64,000 nt of DNA from Azolla caroliniana (lineage: Eukaryota > Plantae > Polypodiophyta), in contig JBHGNT010000001.1 of NCBI GenBank assembly GCA_043228905.1, positions 16,368,001 to 16,432,000 of the forward strand. The letters run 5' to 3'. A model generated the notes under the pieces. That model was not told the origin of the DNA and ran no database searches. It was given only the letters and a program-made list of their open reading frames with translations. Below, in pieces: positions 1-12,129 of the stretch. A program made the translations under genes and the position numbers. How positions within the stretch are numbered: the stretch's first letter is position 1; each line of letters starts with the position of its first letter.

Positions 1-1375
1 GAGAGGCCCTGTTGTATGTATCCAAACGGTACAAGCCATTGCATAATGTACCGGACATCACGATAACATCGCCATTGCTATAATCGTGAACCATGCACTT
101 ATCATCAACAAAATGTACATGAAGTCTGGCTTTGGGAATCAAAGGAACCGAAATTAAGTTCTTCTTGATACCGGGCACATACAATACATTCTTTAAGATG
201 ACAACACCTCCATTTGCAGCCGAAAGCTCAATTTCTCCTACTCCAATGATAGGATAAGAGGCATCTTTCAAGGATGCAAAGAAACTTTTGCATGAAGTAA
301 TGTGCTTTGAAGCGCCACTATCAAAGAACCAATCCGAATCAATCTCACTTACAACCATATATTTAGAGTGCAATGATGCGTCATAATGATATGTAACAAC
401 ACATGCCCAATAATCTTGGGCCATGTTGGCCTCATCACTCTTTGCACTTGAAACATTTTCAGAAATGGTCATGCCGGATTCCTTCTTCTTCTCATTGCGC
501 TTAACAAGCTTTCTACACTCTTCAATCGTATGGCCAACCTTTCGACAATATTTGCATCTCTTCTTCTTTTGCAAATCACCATCATTAGAGGAATAAGTGA
601 AAGAGGGAGGTTGAGGCTTTGGTTTTGAAGAACCAAAAGCTGAACCATGCTTGCTTTTTCCTTTTTGTGAGATAGCAAGTGCTTGTGTTCCCTCTATCAA
701 ACCACTTCTATTCACTCTAGATTGTTCTTCTTGCAAAAGAAGAGACACAACCTCATCAAATGCATACATATCGGTATTCCCTTTTGCAACCAAACGAATA
801 GTAGTAGCAAAGCTTTGAAAAGATTCGGGTAATCCTTTCAACAACGTAGAGACAAGTGATGTATTCAAAATGATTTCATCAATGTTTGCCAATTGCTCTT
901 TCAAATCTTTGATGCGTGTCACATACACATCTACCGACTCATTTTCAGCCATATATACATCCTCAAGTTGCTTTCTCAAATATGCAAAATGTGATTCATT
1001 ACGCACGGCATACAACGAAGCAAGAGTGTTCCATGCTTGTTTGGACGTAGAGCATGACCGAATATGTGGAACTATATGACGCTTCACAGAAAGTGCAATC
1101 AATGCATGAGCTTGAGCATCTTTTCCATCCCATCTAAGTTGCTCTTGTGTGGGTGGCATAGATGAAGTCACTGTGCTCGAAGATGAACCTGTATCTGTGA
1201 CAGTAGACTGTGAAGTAGTAGGACCGGCGGGGCGCCGATCTACATCTACCACTATGTTCCATAGTTGTTTGGCAACAAGAACATGTTTCATCATGTAGGA
1301 CCACATTGGATAGTTAGTCCCATCAAGCTTATCTTCAGGTTGAAGCATGCCAAACAAGTCACCGTTGTTTGCCAT
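1..1375 (-). CDS. gag-pol: Copia Gag-Pol N-terminal part (Gag, zinc knuckle, protease), partial
   Basis: Starts MANNGDLFGMLQPEDKLDGTNYPMW at 1375; CKYCRKVGHTIEEC (codon at 556) and WFFDSGASKH (codon at 331) are in the same frame. Probably absent from the ORF track because no stop lies in the window. Confidence 0.88.
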   Translation of the reverse strand, partial: MANNGDLFGMLQPEDKLDGTNYPMWSYMMKHVLVAKQLWNIVVDVDRRPAGPTTSQSTVTDTGSSSSTVTSSMPPTQEQLRWDGKDAQAHALIALSVKRHIVPHIRSCSTSKQAWNTLASLYAVRNESHFAYLRKQLEDVYMAENESVDVYVTRIKDLKEQLANIDEIILNTSLVSTLLKGLPESFQSFATTIRLVAKGNTDMYAFDEVVSLLLQEEQSRVNRSGLIEGTQALAISQKGKSKHGSAFGSSKPKPQPPSFTYSSNDGDLQKKKRCKYCRKVGHTIEECRKLVKRNEKKKESGMTISENVSSAKSDEANMAQDYWACVVTYHYDASLHSKYMVVSEIDSDWFFDSGASKHITSCKSFFASLKDASYPIIGVGEIELSAANGGVVILKNVLYVPGIKKNLISVPLIPKARLHVHFVDDKCMVHDYSNGDVIVMSGTLCNGLYRLDTYNRAS

Positions 1376-1948
1376 TTTACCAAAGAACAAGAAAGTGGCA
1401 AAATCTTACCTCAACAAAATCTAAAATGAGTGCTGAAAATGCAGCTCACAAACTATCACATGGATGGCGATTTTGACTACATGAACGGCTTTGAAATGGG
1501 GGTAAAACAACAAGGTACCTACTGAAAATGAGCTCCAAGTGCTGAAATACACTTCTCTATATTAGGAAGTTGATTTGCATAGTAAAAAGTGCGTGCGTGC
1601 CGCGATGCCACGATGCGGACAACCGAAGATGGAGAGGATGAAGAACTTGGCTCGGATACCACTGTTGGGTATGTGAGGAAGAGTGAGAAACACACAAGAA
1701 GCTCAAACAAAGAAGCACTCACACAAGGAAGACAATGGCTGGAATAACTCTCTCTATTGATGAATTATACAAAAACTAATAGGAGCTGAAATATATATCC
1801 CCAAGTACTAAGTACCACCACATATGAGTGACTCATGTATGTGGTAACATGGGGAAAAAACCTCTAGCCAGCACTAGAGTAAAAAGTGCCCATGTATAGG
1901 GAAAAATGGTTCACATCAAAGCTACTCGAGGAACACGTAAGTGTAACA
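1..1948 (-). mobile_element. Ty1/Copia LTR retrotransposon, 5' part (runs off the left edge)
   Basis: 5' LTR about 1663-1948 (TGTTGG...GTAACA); PBS TGGTATCCGAGCC (tRNA-iMet type) on - at 1649-1661; gag-protease motifs downstream. Confidence 0.9.
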
Positions 1949-2097
1949 CTCCTTTGGTCCCAGTGACATTGTTAGTTCCATGAATTTCTTGAAAGTGTAA
2001 AGAAAAAAAGTGCAAAATTTAATAGGAAAAAAATCAATTGTAGTTATTAGGGTTAGGGTTTTGTGTAAAATTAACTATTTTATAAAATACACTTACC

Positions 2098-2930
2098 ATC
2101 GGATTTAGTGGGGAATACATGGTGGTAAAACATCTATAGCCATTGTATGTGGCTACTTTTTTCTTATGGTTTGATGGTGGCCTAGAATACTTCTCAACCG
2201 ATTTTAGGATCTATTGGAAGAGAACGAGATTCACTATGAAATCTCTTGCTAAATCACACCCATAAAATGGTGTTGCTGAGCAGACGAATTGCAGGATTCA
2301 TGAGATGGCTAGAGTTATGTTGCAAGAGAAGAACATGAAAAAAATATACAAGACAAAGCCAACAATCACAATTGTGTATCTCATCAATTAGTCCATGATT
2401 GAGGGTGTCTACAACATGAACCATCATGAGAAGTATTTTTTCAGGAGAAAGCGATACTTTTTGCGTGTGACGGTTTTTGGTAGCATCACACACATGTATG
2501 TACCCAACAAGAAGAGGAGAAAACTATATCCAAAGTCAAAGAAGAGAATCCTCATTGAGTACAATGACTTCTAAATCTGGTCCATTTTTTCTCTTTTTCT
2601 CTTTCCTATGCTTGCAACAATGAAACGGTGCCACTTGCATCAAATGGATGTGAAGATTAAAATGTTCCTCTAAGGCGAGCTTGATGAGGAAGTTTGCATT
2701 ATTCAACCAACTAGTTTTGAATTTAGCAAACATTCGAATGCAATTTGCTTATTTAAGAAGCCACTCTATAGATTGAAGCAAGTCCTGAGAGTGTGGCATT
2801 CCAAGATGCATAGTATCTTTACAACATTCGCTTTCAAATGTCAAAATCTGACAACTCATTGTATATCCAAAGCAATCCCAAAATCTCATTCTTCATTATC
2901 TTGTGTGTTGACGACATTGTCATCCAAGTC
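2098..2930 (+). pseudogene. pol: Highly degenerate Copia integrase/RT remnant
   Basis: Interrupted motifs GEY, NGVAE, QMDVK, GELDEEV, KKxLYxLKQ, VDD, with stops, frameshifts and deletions. Confidence 0.75.
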
Positions 2931-2939
2931 TGATTAAGA

Positions 2940-3600
2940 TACCAAAGATAGAAAAGGTGCTATCTAGAGAGTTCAAGATATTGCACCTTTTCTGTCTTTG
3001 GTATCCTAATCAGAAAGAGGAAGAAGACGCGGAAGCTCTACGGCTTTGAAAGGTGAAAGAGCTCGAAGAGGAGTCTCAATCAAGAGAGTGAGATATCAAC
3101 ATCGTGAAGAGGAAACGAAGTCGTTGATCATTGGGTCTATTCATCAAACTCAAGGATTTCCCCCCGTTTTATGCTCCACTCAATTCTTTATTCCATTCTC
3201 TTTCCCCTTTCTTTGTGAACTATCTCTTGCAAATAAAAACCTGTTGTAACTTGAAAAACCTTATTTTATAAAAGGCATTCATGCTTTGTGATCAAGTGTT
3301 GTTTTCTTTTAGCCAACGCTATTCCAATATTTGTGTGTTAGCTGTACTCTCATGTGTTTGTTCGTCTTGTGAGTTGGGGTTGATTTGGGCTTGCCCATGC
3401 ACCTCTCCTTTTCACAAAGGCATTCAAACATTTGTGCCTTGTGTGTAAGCCTCCCTCTTGTGACTTGGATTCCTTCCGGTTGAGAACCCCGGTGGTTCCA
3501 TCTTACAATCCACACTCACTGGAGGACTTGTTTTTGACAACACTCTCCCTCCTCTCATCCTTCACAAAAACAAAACTTCACTTACTTTTTTTCTCTTCGT
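2940..3600 (+). repeat. Putative degenerate LTR remnant
   Basis: Carries the shared U5 stem-loop motif at 3478-3499, very similar to 23181-23235; termini not identifiable. Confidence 0.3.
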
Positions 3601-3796
3601 CTTTTTCCACTCCTATTATTCCTACATGCATTACTATACTAGTTCACACTTGCCAAATAAAATAACCACTACCCCCTCCGCATCTTCCTGTTACCAATAT
3701 TCCACTTCCTAGTCAAATGCATGAGGCAATTTTTTTGTCTTTTCACACTCACCCACAACTATAAGAAGCATGTCACCTAAGTGGCAGTGTGTCCGT

Positions 3797-4458
3797 TGTC
3801 GTGGAGAAAACCATCCCTAGGCGGAAACCGGGTATAACGTGCGTAAACCGGCCCTTACACATGGGCACAAATTTTGTTGAATAGTACATAGATAGGTACA
3901 AGTCGGCTGAGGTGAAATCCTAGGTAGCACGCATTCATTAGGGAGAAATCGAGGCGTATCCCTGTCCGAAAGGATAGGGAATAAACATGATGTAACAGGT
4001 GGTAACGACCTCCCTCCTTGGGCTATAAAAGAGAGGGAGAGGTATTGTAAAAGGATGGCGTTTTGTGGAGGACGAAGTGCTGCCGAACTAGAACCAAGCT
4101 CTTCTCCTCTATCTTCTCCATAGTCGCTCTGTGCAGGTTTTCGGGAGGCTGACTCTGCTCCGCGGAACGCTCGAGTGCTTCGGGCAGAGTCTCCATCTCG
4201 CGTTCTGTGTGTGTGTGTGCATGCGTCAAAGCCTATCACTCGCCGGCTTGCCGGTTGTAACCCCTTGATTTATATATACACATACATTCATTCTATCTCC
4301 ATTGTTCGGAGTTAGTTGCAACTCCTGTGAATCTGGGTGTCTGTGCGTGTGCGGAGTACATTGGTAGTTTCCTTCCCCTCTTCTCATTCGGTTATCGCTC
4401 GGTCCAAGGCCCCCATGGTTCCGCCTCATTCTCCACGCACGCGCATAACAACGCGACA
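3797..4458 (+). repeat. 5' LTR of element A
   Basis: Direct repeat of 10259-10868; TATA-like CTATAAAAG near 4023; inverted termini TGTCG/CGACA. Confidence 0.95.
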
Positions 4459-4462
4459 TATT

Positions 4463-4480
4463 TGGTGAACCCGACGTGAA
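4463..4480 (+). promoter_or_regulatory. PBS complementary to tRNA-Trp
   Basis: TGGTGAACCCGACGTGAA, the complement of the plant tRNA-Trp 3' end (TTCACGTCGGGTTCACCA, from memory). Confidence 0.9.
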
Positions 4481-4503
4481 CAGGCGGCAGAGGAATAGAA
4501 AGA

Positions 4504-6624
4504 TGAGAGGGTCAGATCTTGTAGAGGCCATGGCTTCGGCTGTGGATCAGATAGTGAGTGCGCGTGAAGGCACAGGTGCCCTCGATAGGGCTATTGAAGC
4601 AGTCGTCGGCACGGTAGGCCGGTTTGGTGGGAAGGACGCCACGAGCTATTTGGAGGCTTACCGAGCCGAAATGGTGATGAGGGACATCCCGGAGGACAGG
4701 CGACTAGCCGGATTCCCTCAGGTGGCGATGCTAGGCATCCACACGGAGGTGCTTGAGGTGGGGCTGAGAGTCGGACATGGGAAGAGTTTGAAGGTTGGCT
4801 CTTTGAAAAATATGGGCTTGATGATGCACTTCGACTATCGAAGCAGGACTTCATGGGATGGGTGGAGACCCCCGAGAAGGGGAGAAATGCGTCGGTGCTC
4901 CTTCGGGAATTTGAAGAATGCTTCGCGCGTCTTTCGGCGCTGGATCGGACTGTACTGGACACAACTCATGTCCTATTGTTCGTTAAATCGGTGGACGTGA
5001 GGGACCGGGAGCAAGTGGGCCTCCTGCTAGAGACCAACGACGGGCTGACGGCCGACTGGGCCGTGGTGAAGAGGGTCTACGGCCGTTTCGACAAACGACG
5101 AGATTGGGTCGATAAAGGCTCCGCGGGGGCAAGCTTTGCTGCGGCAAGGAAGCTTGAGGTACCCCCACCGACGCGAAGGGAGGAGACCCAAGACTGGCTC
5201 GAGACCAGCTTGACTTCGACCAGCATGGTCAAAGGCTCGTCCGGAGGAGTGGCTTTGGAGGAGCTGACACAGATGGTGAGGGACCTCCTGATTGCACAAG
5301 CACAGAGGGACGGCGGCGAACAAGTCCGTGACCGGGGGCCTCCGGCTGGGAACTGGTGCTTGTGGTGCGACGCGGTCGGCCACGCCCGAAAGGACTGCGG
5401 GGACTTTGCCGAAGCGATGAGAGCTAATGTGGTGTACCTATGGAACAATCGGGTGCACGCTAGCGAGACCTGAAGGGCCCTAGATCTGAATGTCGGACAA
5501 GGGGGTATGAAACGGGTGATGGAAGAAGCGGAGGCTCGCCACGCGGAGACCGTCCACTACTCGGAGTCGGCTGGAATCCAGGTCGGAAGTGATGAAGTCC
5601 GGAAGACTAAGGAAGCCGGATTCTAGTCGTTGATGCTGGAAGGCCTCGCCGGCGTATGGCTGAGGGAAGAGGAAGTGGACCATGCGGAAAGACGGGTCCG
5701 GGAGGCAATCGGGTGGAGTGACCCGGTCGAAGAGAAGACGGGCTTTGTTGAAGGCACTTGCCAAAACTACGAGGCTCTGGTGGGGGACAAGCGTGTGGGT
5801 AAGACCGGAGGGGCTGGACCCTCACAATGGTATGAGACCCGGTTCGGGCAAAAGCAGAATGATGCCGGTGCGACTGGCACACCGGATAAAGCCAAGAGGG
5901 TCAGGTACCGATTGAGCACGGAGATTGAGAGGACCACGGACCTGCGAAAGGTCCTCGAGGAACGTATCCTCGACAACAAAGTGGAGCTGTCACTAAGGGA
6001 AGTGCTCGGAATCGCCAAGAAGGAGTTCCACGACTCCATCGTGGACTTGGTGAAGCGGAAAAGGCTTTCGACAAAGCCGGAGCCGGAGAAGCCGACGAAG
6101 GTATGAACGACGCACCTAGAAGACATGGCTCTAGAAGACGAGTTGGCGGAGAGCCACTATTCAAGGCCACATTGGGCCAGAGCAACCACGGAGACCCCCG
6201 TTAGGATCAGAGATGTTCAGGAGCCGGTGGTGGCGTTGGTGGACCACGGTTCGGAAATCAACTTGATGTCCATGGACTTCTACAAGAAGGGGAAGTGGCC
6301 GATCAACACCAAGCACGGGTGGAAAATACGGGCAACAACGCACGCCACGAAAGAGTTGCATGGAGCCCGAATGTAAGAGTGAAAATCGGCGATGTCGAGA
6401 TCGATCAACACTTCTTCATGCAGGAGACGTCCTCGCATCCGGTTATACTCGGGGAACCGTACATCACGACGGCATGGATGGAGACAAAGGTGCTGAACAA
6501 CAGTTTGGCATATGCACAAGTCAAGAGCTAGGACGGGCGTCACTCAGTCTAGTTCATGACGGTGCGACTGAACCATGAGCGTAACCGTGAGACCCTCGGT
6601 GGCGAAAACCGAGAGGATTTTTAG
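4504..6624 (+). pseudogene. gag: Element A gag-protease ORF1, disrupted
   Basis: GRFGGKDATSYL, zinc knuckle CLWCDAVGHARKDC, protease ALVDHGSEINLM; several stops and frameshifts; ends EDF*. Confidence 0.85.
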
Positions 6625-9600
6625 AGAGGGCTATCAAGGCGTGGGGCCACGATAGTCCGGACACCCCGGAAAAACCCCACAGATGTACTATAGGCAAAAA
6701 GACCTGTACCATAGGTAGGAAATGTTGGTTCTCTGATAGCGGAGGTTGTACAATAGCCGGCGTAGTTGGCTGGGAAAAGAAGCGGGCGGAGGAGCAACTT
6801 CGGGCATGCGGAGTCCTTGGCCCTGAAGAGGAAATCAACGGAGCCGTGGAGGCGATCTCTTTCGACGACACCTTAGGGAAGTTACGGGAGGTGTTCGGAG
6901 AAGGCCTTAATGGGGACCGGACGATTCCGGTAAGTTCGGAAAAGATGTACGACGTCATCGCCGACTTCGGTAATGGACTCGAGTCGGATCAGACGGCCCG
7001 AGTGGATACGAAGTACAAGATTGTGGATCGGAAGGTGAGGCCAGTCGCGGCACCCTTGCCGGAGGGCAGTGAGTTATGGATAAAGGGGGTCGCGTCGGAC
7101 CCAAGTTTACGAGATTCGGCCAGCATAGGAGACATGTTCACCGACATAACGCGACGGGAGTTGAAGATCGGTGGGGGTGGCTTTCTACTGCCGGCGGAAG
7201 AGGACCGGTTTCGGAGAATGATTGGGAGGCACGAGAAGGCTTTCACATTCTCACTGGAGGAGATCGGGTGCGTAGACTCGACCATTGTGGAACCAATGGT
7301 GATCTTCACGGTACCGCATGTGCCGTGGAATCTCAAACTGATTCCGGTACCCAGAGCTCACATCCCGAAGCTGATGGTACTGCTGAAACAGAAGGTGGAG
7401 ATGGGCATCCTTGTTACTCCTAGGTTCGGACAACAACCTAACACAGGGTGTCCACTTAAGACACTTCACCAAAGGGTGGTACGGTAGAATGACTTACGAC
7501 ACAACGCTTAATTAGACCTTAATCGATTACTTAAGAATACACCATTAACACGCGTAAGATATACAATAAGCACAGAACAATAATCAACACTGAAAGATTA
7601 AGGCAATAAGTTCTATTAATTATCCACTCTCGATTACATTGTAACCGGGCCTTTATATAAGTCTCTGGTGCAAAATACAAAACGGTGCCAACCGGCACCT
7701 TTTCGGGATCGGTCCGGATTTGGATCGGCATACCGATTCCTGTCCGTCCGTCCACATCTTCTCATATATTACTATATATTTTAAGACTACTAATTACAAC
7801 AGTTCCCGAATAAACTATTCCTTTCACACTCTGGTTTGGATCTCCTTAAGCCTTCTGGCCAGCTGGTAACAATCCTCGAATTGTCGAGTGCCCCATATAC
7901 TCGAATCGGTGGTTTACCGTGCCAAAGAAGAATGGCATGTTGTGCTTTATTCAAGACTTGCAGCCGGTCAACAAGGTGACAATTCGGAACGCAGGAATCA
8001 GATCGACCATAGACGAGTTCGCGGAGGCCTTCGCCGGAAGGTCGATTTACTCAGTTGGTGATCTGTACTCGGGGTACGATCAGTTCCAACTAGCGGTGGA
8101 GAGCAGGGACATTACGACAATGCAGACTCCTCCCGGCCTAATGTGGATGTGTACCCTCCTGCAAGGAGGGACGAACTCGGTAGCCCACATGGTGAACGCA
8201 ATGAACAAAGTGCTGAGGGATTGTATCCCGGGCATCAGCATGCCATTCTTAGATGACATCCCGGTCAAAGGATGCCTGGTGGAGGAAAAGGACGAGACAA
8301 TTGGACCGGCCGGATGTCGGAAATTCGTGGCGGCTCACGTCGATGACCGTGAGAAGGTATTGCAAAGACTAGAAGGCGCGAGGCTCACCTTCTCCGGGGA
8401 AAAATCGGCCTTCGGGCAATCAGAGATCATGGTCGTCGGACACCTATGCGGGCCATACGATCGGAAACCGTCTCCGGCCAAGGTGGAGGCCATCTCCGCG
8501 ATGAAGCAAGACTGCAATTCGGTTACGGAGGTTCGGAGATTCCTGGGAGCATGTGCGTTCTACCATATCTGGATCCCGCATTACGCCCACGTTGCGGAGC
8601 CGCTCTATGGGTTGCTAAAGAAAGGGCGTAAATTCGAGTGGAGAGACGAGCATACGGAGTCGGTCTGGAACATGAAAGAAGCACTTGCCGCGGCACCGGC
8701 GCTCCGAAAGACTATCTACGGCAAAGACACTCTGATTTATGTGACCGTAGACACGAGTCCCACCGGGATCGGATGGGTGATCAACCAAGAGGATGACAAT
8801 GGCGCGAGGTTCCCCATCCAGTTCGGCGCGAAAGTCCTCAGTGAGAGACAATGAGGATACGCCCAGGATAAACGCAAACTCTAGGGTATCGTTTCGGCGG
8901 TCAAGGCCGATAAAGACTACTTGATCGGGATGGAGGTGATAATCGAGACGGACTGCCTGCCGATTCTCGGCATGGTTTCCGGATGTGCGACGCCGGACCT
9001 GGCAATGCTCAAGTGGATAGCGTACATCAAGTCCCTGAATCTGGAAATATGACACATTTCCGGAAGGACAATGCCATGGCCGACATGCTTTCGAGAGCGA
9101 GGTTCGATGACGAGGACGACATGGTTTCGGAGGACGAGGAAGTCGGCGTGGAGTTCTTCGAGGCGGCTTACGTAACAACAAGAAAGGGGAGCACTCCGGC
9201 ACTTAACAAATTCAACGAGAGCAAGTACGACGGGGAGTGGCTCCAAATCGGCGGGTTCCTAAAGACAATGACACCGGACGCGGCGTGGACGAAGGAAGAG
9301 ACCAACCTGATTCAGAAGAAAGCGTACCTATTCTTCCTACGGGACAGGAGCATATGGAAGCACCCGAAGAAGAGAAACGGCATCCCGCTCTGAGTGGTGG
9401 CAAAGAAAGAGGAACATGAAGAATTGTTGACAGCATACTACAAGAGCCCCTGGGCTGGACACCGCGGGACATGGGCCACATTCGAGAAGCTGAAGGGGAA
9501 GTACTGGTGGTCGGGGCTATACCGGGACGTGCATCGGTTCGTGATGACTTGCGAAATCTGTCAGGTGCACTCCATAGTCCGACATTGGGACGAGCTTCAC

Positions 9601-10258
9601 TCGACCTACCCTCCGACCGTCCACTTTAAGTGGATGGTGGATCTGGTGATGATGCTGATGGGGGTAGGGCAGATGCAGTATCTGGTGCTGGCTCGGGCGG
9701 ACCTGACGAACCAGGTGGAAGGCTGAGCGTTGCAGAACAAAACGACCGCGGCCGTGTGCCGATTCCTGATTGAAGAAGTGGTATGCCGGTACGAGTGCGT
9801 AGGTAAGATCGTGGCCGACCCCGGAGAATTGGAAGCGCAAGAGGCAGAAGATTTGTTTGACCGGCTAGGGATTAAACTCTCGCTCACCACAGCGTACAAT
9901 CCGGAGGCTAACGGGAAGGTGGAATGCGGACACGAGCCGATCATCAAAGCGTTAGTACGTGCGTGTGGAGGTCAAGTCGGGAACTGGCCGCGGCTCTTAC
10001 CCTATGCGTTGTGGGCGGACCGAACTACGCACAGTTCAGTAACCGGGTTCATGCCGGTAGAGCTAATGTATGGGCAGAAGCCGATCATGCCAACGGAGCA
10101 GACAATCTCCTCATGGGCCATGGTAGACTGGAAAGACGAGATGAGCCGGGAGGAGCTGTTAGCAGCATGGATTCGGCAGCTGGAGCGAAGACCGAAGGAC
10201 GTGGAATGAGTCGCGGAGAAGCTACGGGTGGCGAGGGTAAAGAACAAAGGACGGTTCG
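6618..10258 (+). pseudogene. pol: Element A pol (RT-RNaseH-integrase), disrupted and interrupted by a solo LTR
   Basis: QDLQPVNKVT, DLYSGYDQ, FLDDIPVKG, VDTSPTGIG, GHRG...CEICQ, TAYNPEANGKVE. Confidence 0.9.
7412..7871 (-). mobile_element. Solo LTR related to the C/D LTRs, inserted in element A pol
   Basis: TGTTAC...GTAACA; 5-bp TSD ATCCT (7407-7411, 7872-7876); shares CACTTCACCAAAGGGTG and GATCGGTCCGGAT blocks with the C LTRs. Confidence 0.93.
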
Positions 10259-10868
10259 ACCGGTCCTTACACGTGGGCACAAGTTTTGTTGTATAGTACG
10301 TAGATAGGTACAACTCGGCTGAGGTGAAATCCTAGGTAGCAGACATTCATTAGGGAGAAATTGAGGCGTATCCATGTCCAAAAGGACGGGGAATAAACAT
10401 GATGTAACAGGTGGTAACGGCCTCCCTCCTTGGGCTATAAAAGAGAGGGAGAGGTATTGTAAAAGGATGGCATTTTGTGGAGGACGAAGTGCTACCGGAC
10501 CGGAACCGAGCTCTTCTCCTCTATCTTCTCCATAGTCGCTCTATGCAGGTTTTTAGGAGGCTGACTCTGCTCCGCGGAACGCCCGAGTGCTTCGGGCAGA
10601 GTCTCCATCTCGCGTTCTGAGTGTGTGTGCGCATGCGTCGGAGCCTATCACTCGTCGGCTTGCCGGTTGTAACCCCTTGATTTATATATACACATACATT
10701 CATTCTGTCTCCATTGTTCGGAGTTAGTTGCAACTCCTGTGAATCTGTGTCTGTGCGGGTGCGGAGTACATTGGTAGTTTCCTTCCTCTCTTCTCATTCA
10801 GTTATCTCTCAGTCCAAGGCCCCCGTGGTCCCGCCTCGTTCTCCACGCACGAGCGTAATAACGCGACA
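10259..10868 (+). repeat. 3' LTR of element A (first 50 bp deleted)
   Basis: Aligns to the 5' LTR from 3847 onward. Confidence 0.92.
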
Positions 10869-10989
10869 CCGTGACACTAACTTGATGAACACATCAACAA
10901 AACAACAAAGATATCGAAGTCTCACCTATATTTACAAAGAACTTTACAACCTCGAACTTCATTTCATCAATCTTGATCCTATTTATGCC

Positions 10990-11233
10990 GATCTTTTCAA
11001 AACTATCGATTATGATGAACCCCTAAATGTTGAACAAGCTTTAAACTGACATGATGCGGACAAGTGGGGCAAAGCAATGGAAGATGAAATGCATGCTCTA
11101 CAAAAGAATGAGACATGGATTATTGTAGAAAAACCCACGGACCAGAAGATAGTCACATGTAAGTGGGTACTCCATGTAGATGGAGCAATTGCTTTGTGGT
11201 CCAAGAATATCATCAACTAAAGTTGAATATGTT
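10990..11233 (+). pseudogene. pol: Copia remnant H: RT start fused to RNase H
   Basis: EPLNVEQAL..KWGKAMEDEMHALQKNETW..CKWV, then directly GAIALWSK..SSTKVEYV; continues at 14034-14051 and from 21940. Confidence 0.75.
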
Positions 11234-11383
11234 TTTTCTTTTCCATAAAAAATATGCTCCATTGGTATTAAAATTAACAATGCCAAAGGCAATATACAAA
11301 TAGTACATAATAGTTTTCACTCCACAAGTATATATCATCAAAGAGAGGACCAACTATAAGCGATGGCATTTGGCAAGATAAGG

Positions 11384-11615
11384 CTAATTATAATCCATGA
11401 AAACAACTCTCAGCCTTTGCCAATAACACCTTTGATACGACAAGCTAGGATACCACCCAGAAAAGGGGGATAGAATTGGGGACGATACTATCAATCTCCA
11501 ACATGTGAAAACAGCTAATGATACATCGAAATATCCATGTTCTATAAGCTCTATCAACATTACATTCCATGAGACCATATCTGTAGTACGAATCGTCTGA
11601 AACACATCTTCAATT
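11384..11615 (-). pseudogene. Degenerate PPR-repeat-like fragment
   Basis: VFQTIRTTDMVSWNVMLIELIEHGYFDVSLAVF resembles the PLS-class PPR pattern VF..M...D.VSWN.MI....G....AL.LF. Confidence 0.5.
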
Positions 11616-12129
11616 GCCCCTTGTTAGGGTCTCTAAAAAACTTCATGTTGTAGCCAAAATTAGTTCCGCATATACTAAAGGTCTTCACTATAACGATACT
11701 CAACATATAAACAAATTCCTACAGTCCAAGAGAATACATATCTTGGTGGTAGTCATACTCAACATACCCTAGCTGGTAGTCTAAAAAGTCCATGTTTGCT
11801 TTTGGTTCTGCATATACTAAAGTTGTTCACCATCACCTAGTTGTCCACTAGCTATTGCTTTTTGGCAAATGTTTTGTATGTCAAGATCTTCTTCAGCTAC
11901 TGCAGTTGAAGACATGAAAACAATCCATGATGCACATGCCACTTGGGGTAAAACGTGATGGGCCGCCTTGGCTAGCCCCCATCTATCCTCTCCAATATCG
12001 AAACAACCATGTCCTTCATCTCCACGAACATTGAAGATGTACTTGTATTGAATCTCCCTACCATCAACACTCCGGTTTATCACAACCTTGATATTCTCAC
12101 AATAGCCATGCGTTGGTTACACTACAATC

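Larger units (their letters stand above)
3797..10868 (+). mobile_element. Element A: Ty3/gypsy LTR retrotransposon, tRNA-Trp primed, 4-bp TSD
   Basis: 5' LTR 3797-4458 (TGTCG...CGACA); 5'-truncated 3' LTR 10259-10868; TSD CCGT at 3793-3796 and 10869-10872; gag-PR-RT-RH-INT order. Confidence 0.95.

Noticed and set aside
2047-2062. TTAGGGTTAGGG telomere-like repeat
   Set aside because: Only two units in AT-rich sequence; compatible with chance or a telo-box.
4463-4480. tRNA genes at PBS-like sites (also 21481, 29753, 50734)
   Set aside because: Only 17-18 nt of tRNA 3' sequence and no cloverleaf.
11384-12083. Functional host PPR gene
   Set aside because: One degenerate repeat-like segment with frameshifts; at most a pseudogene fragment.
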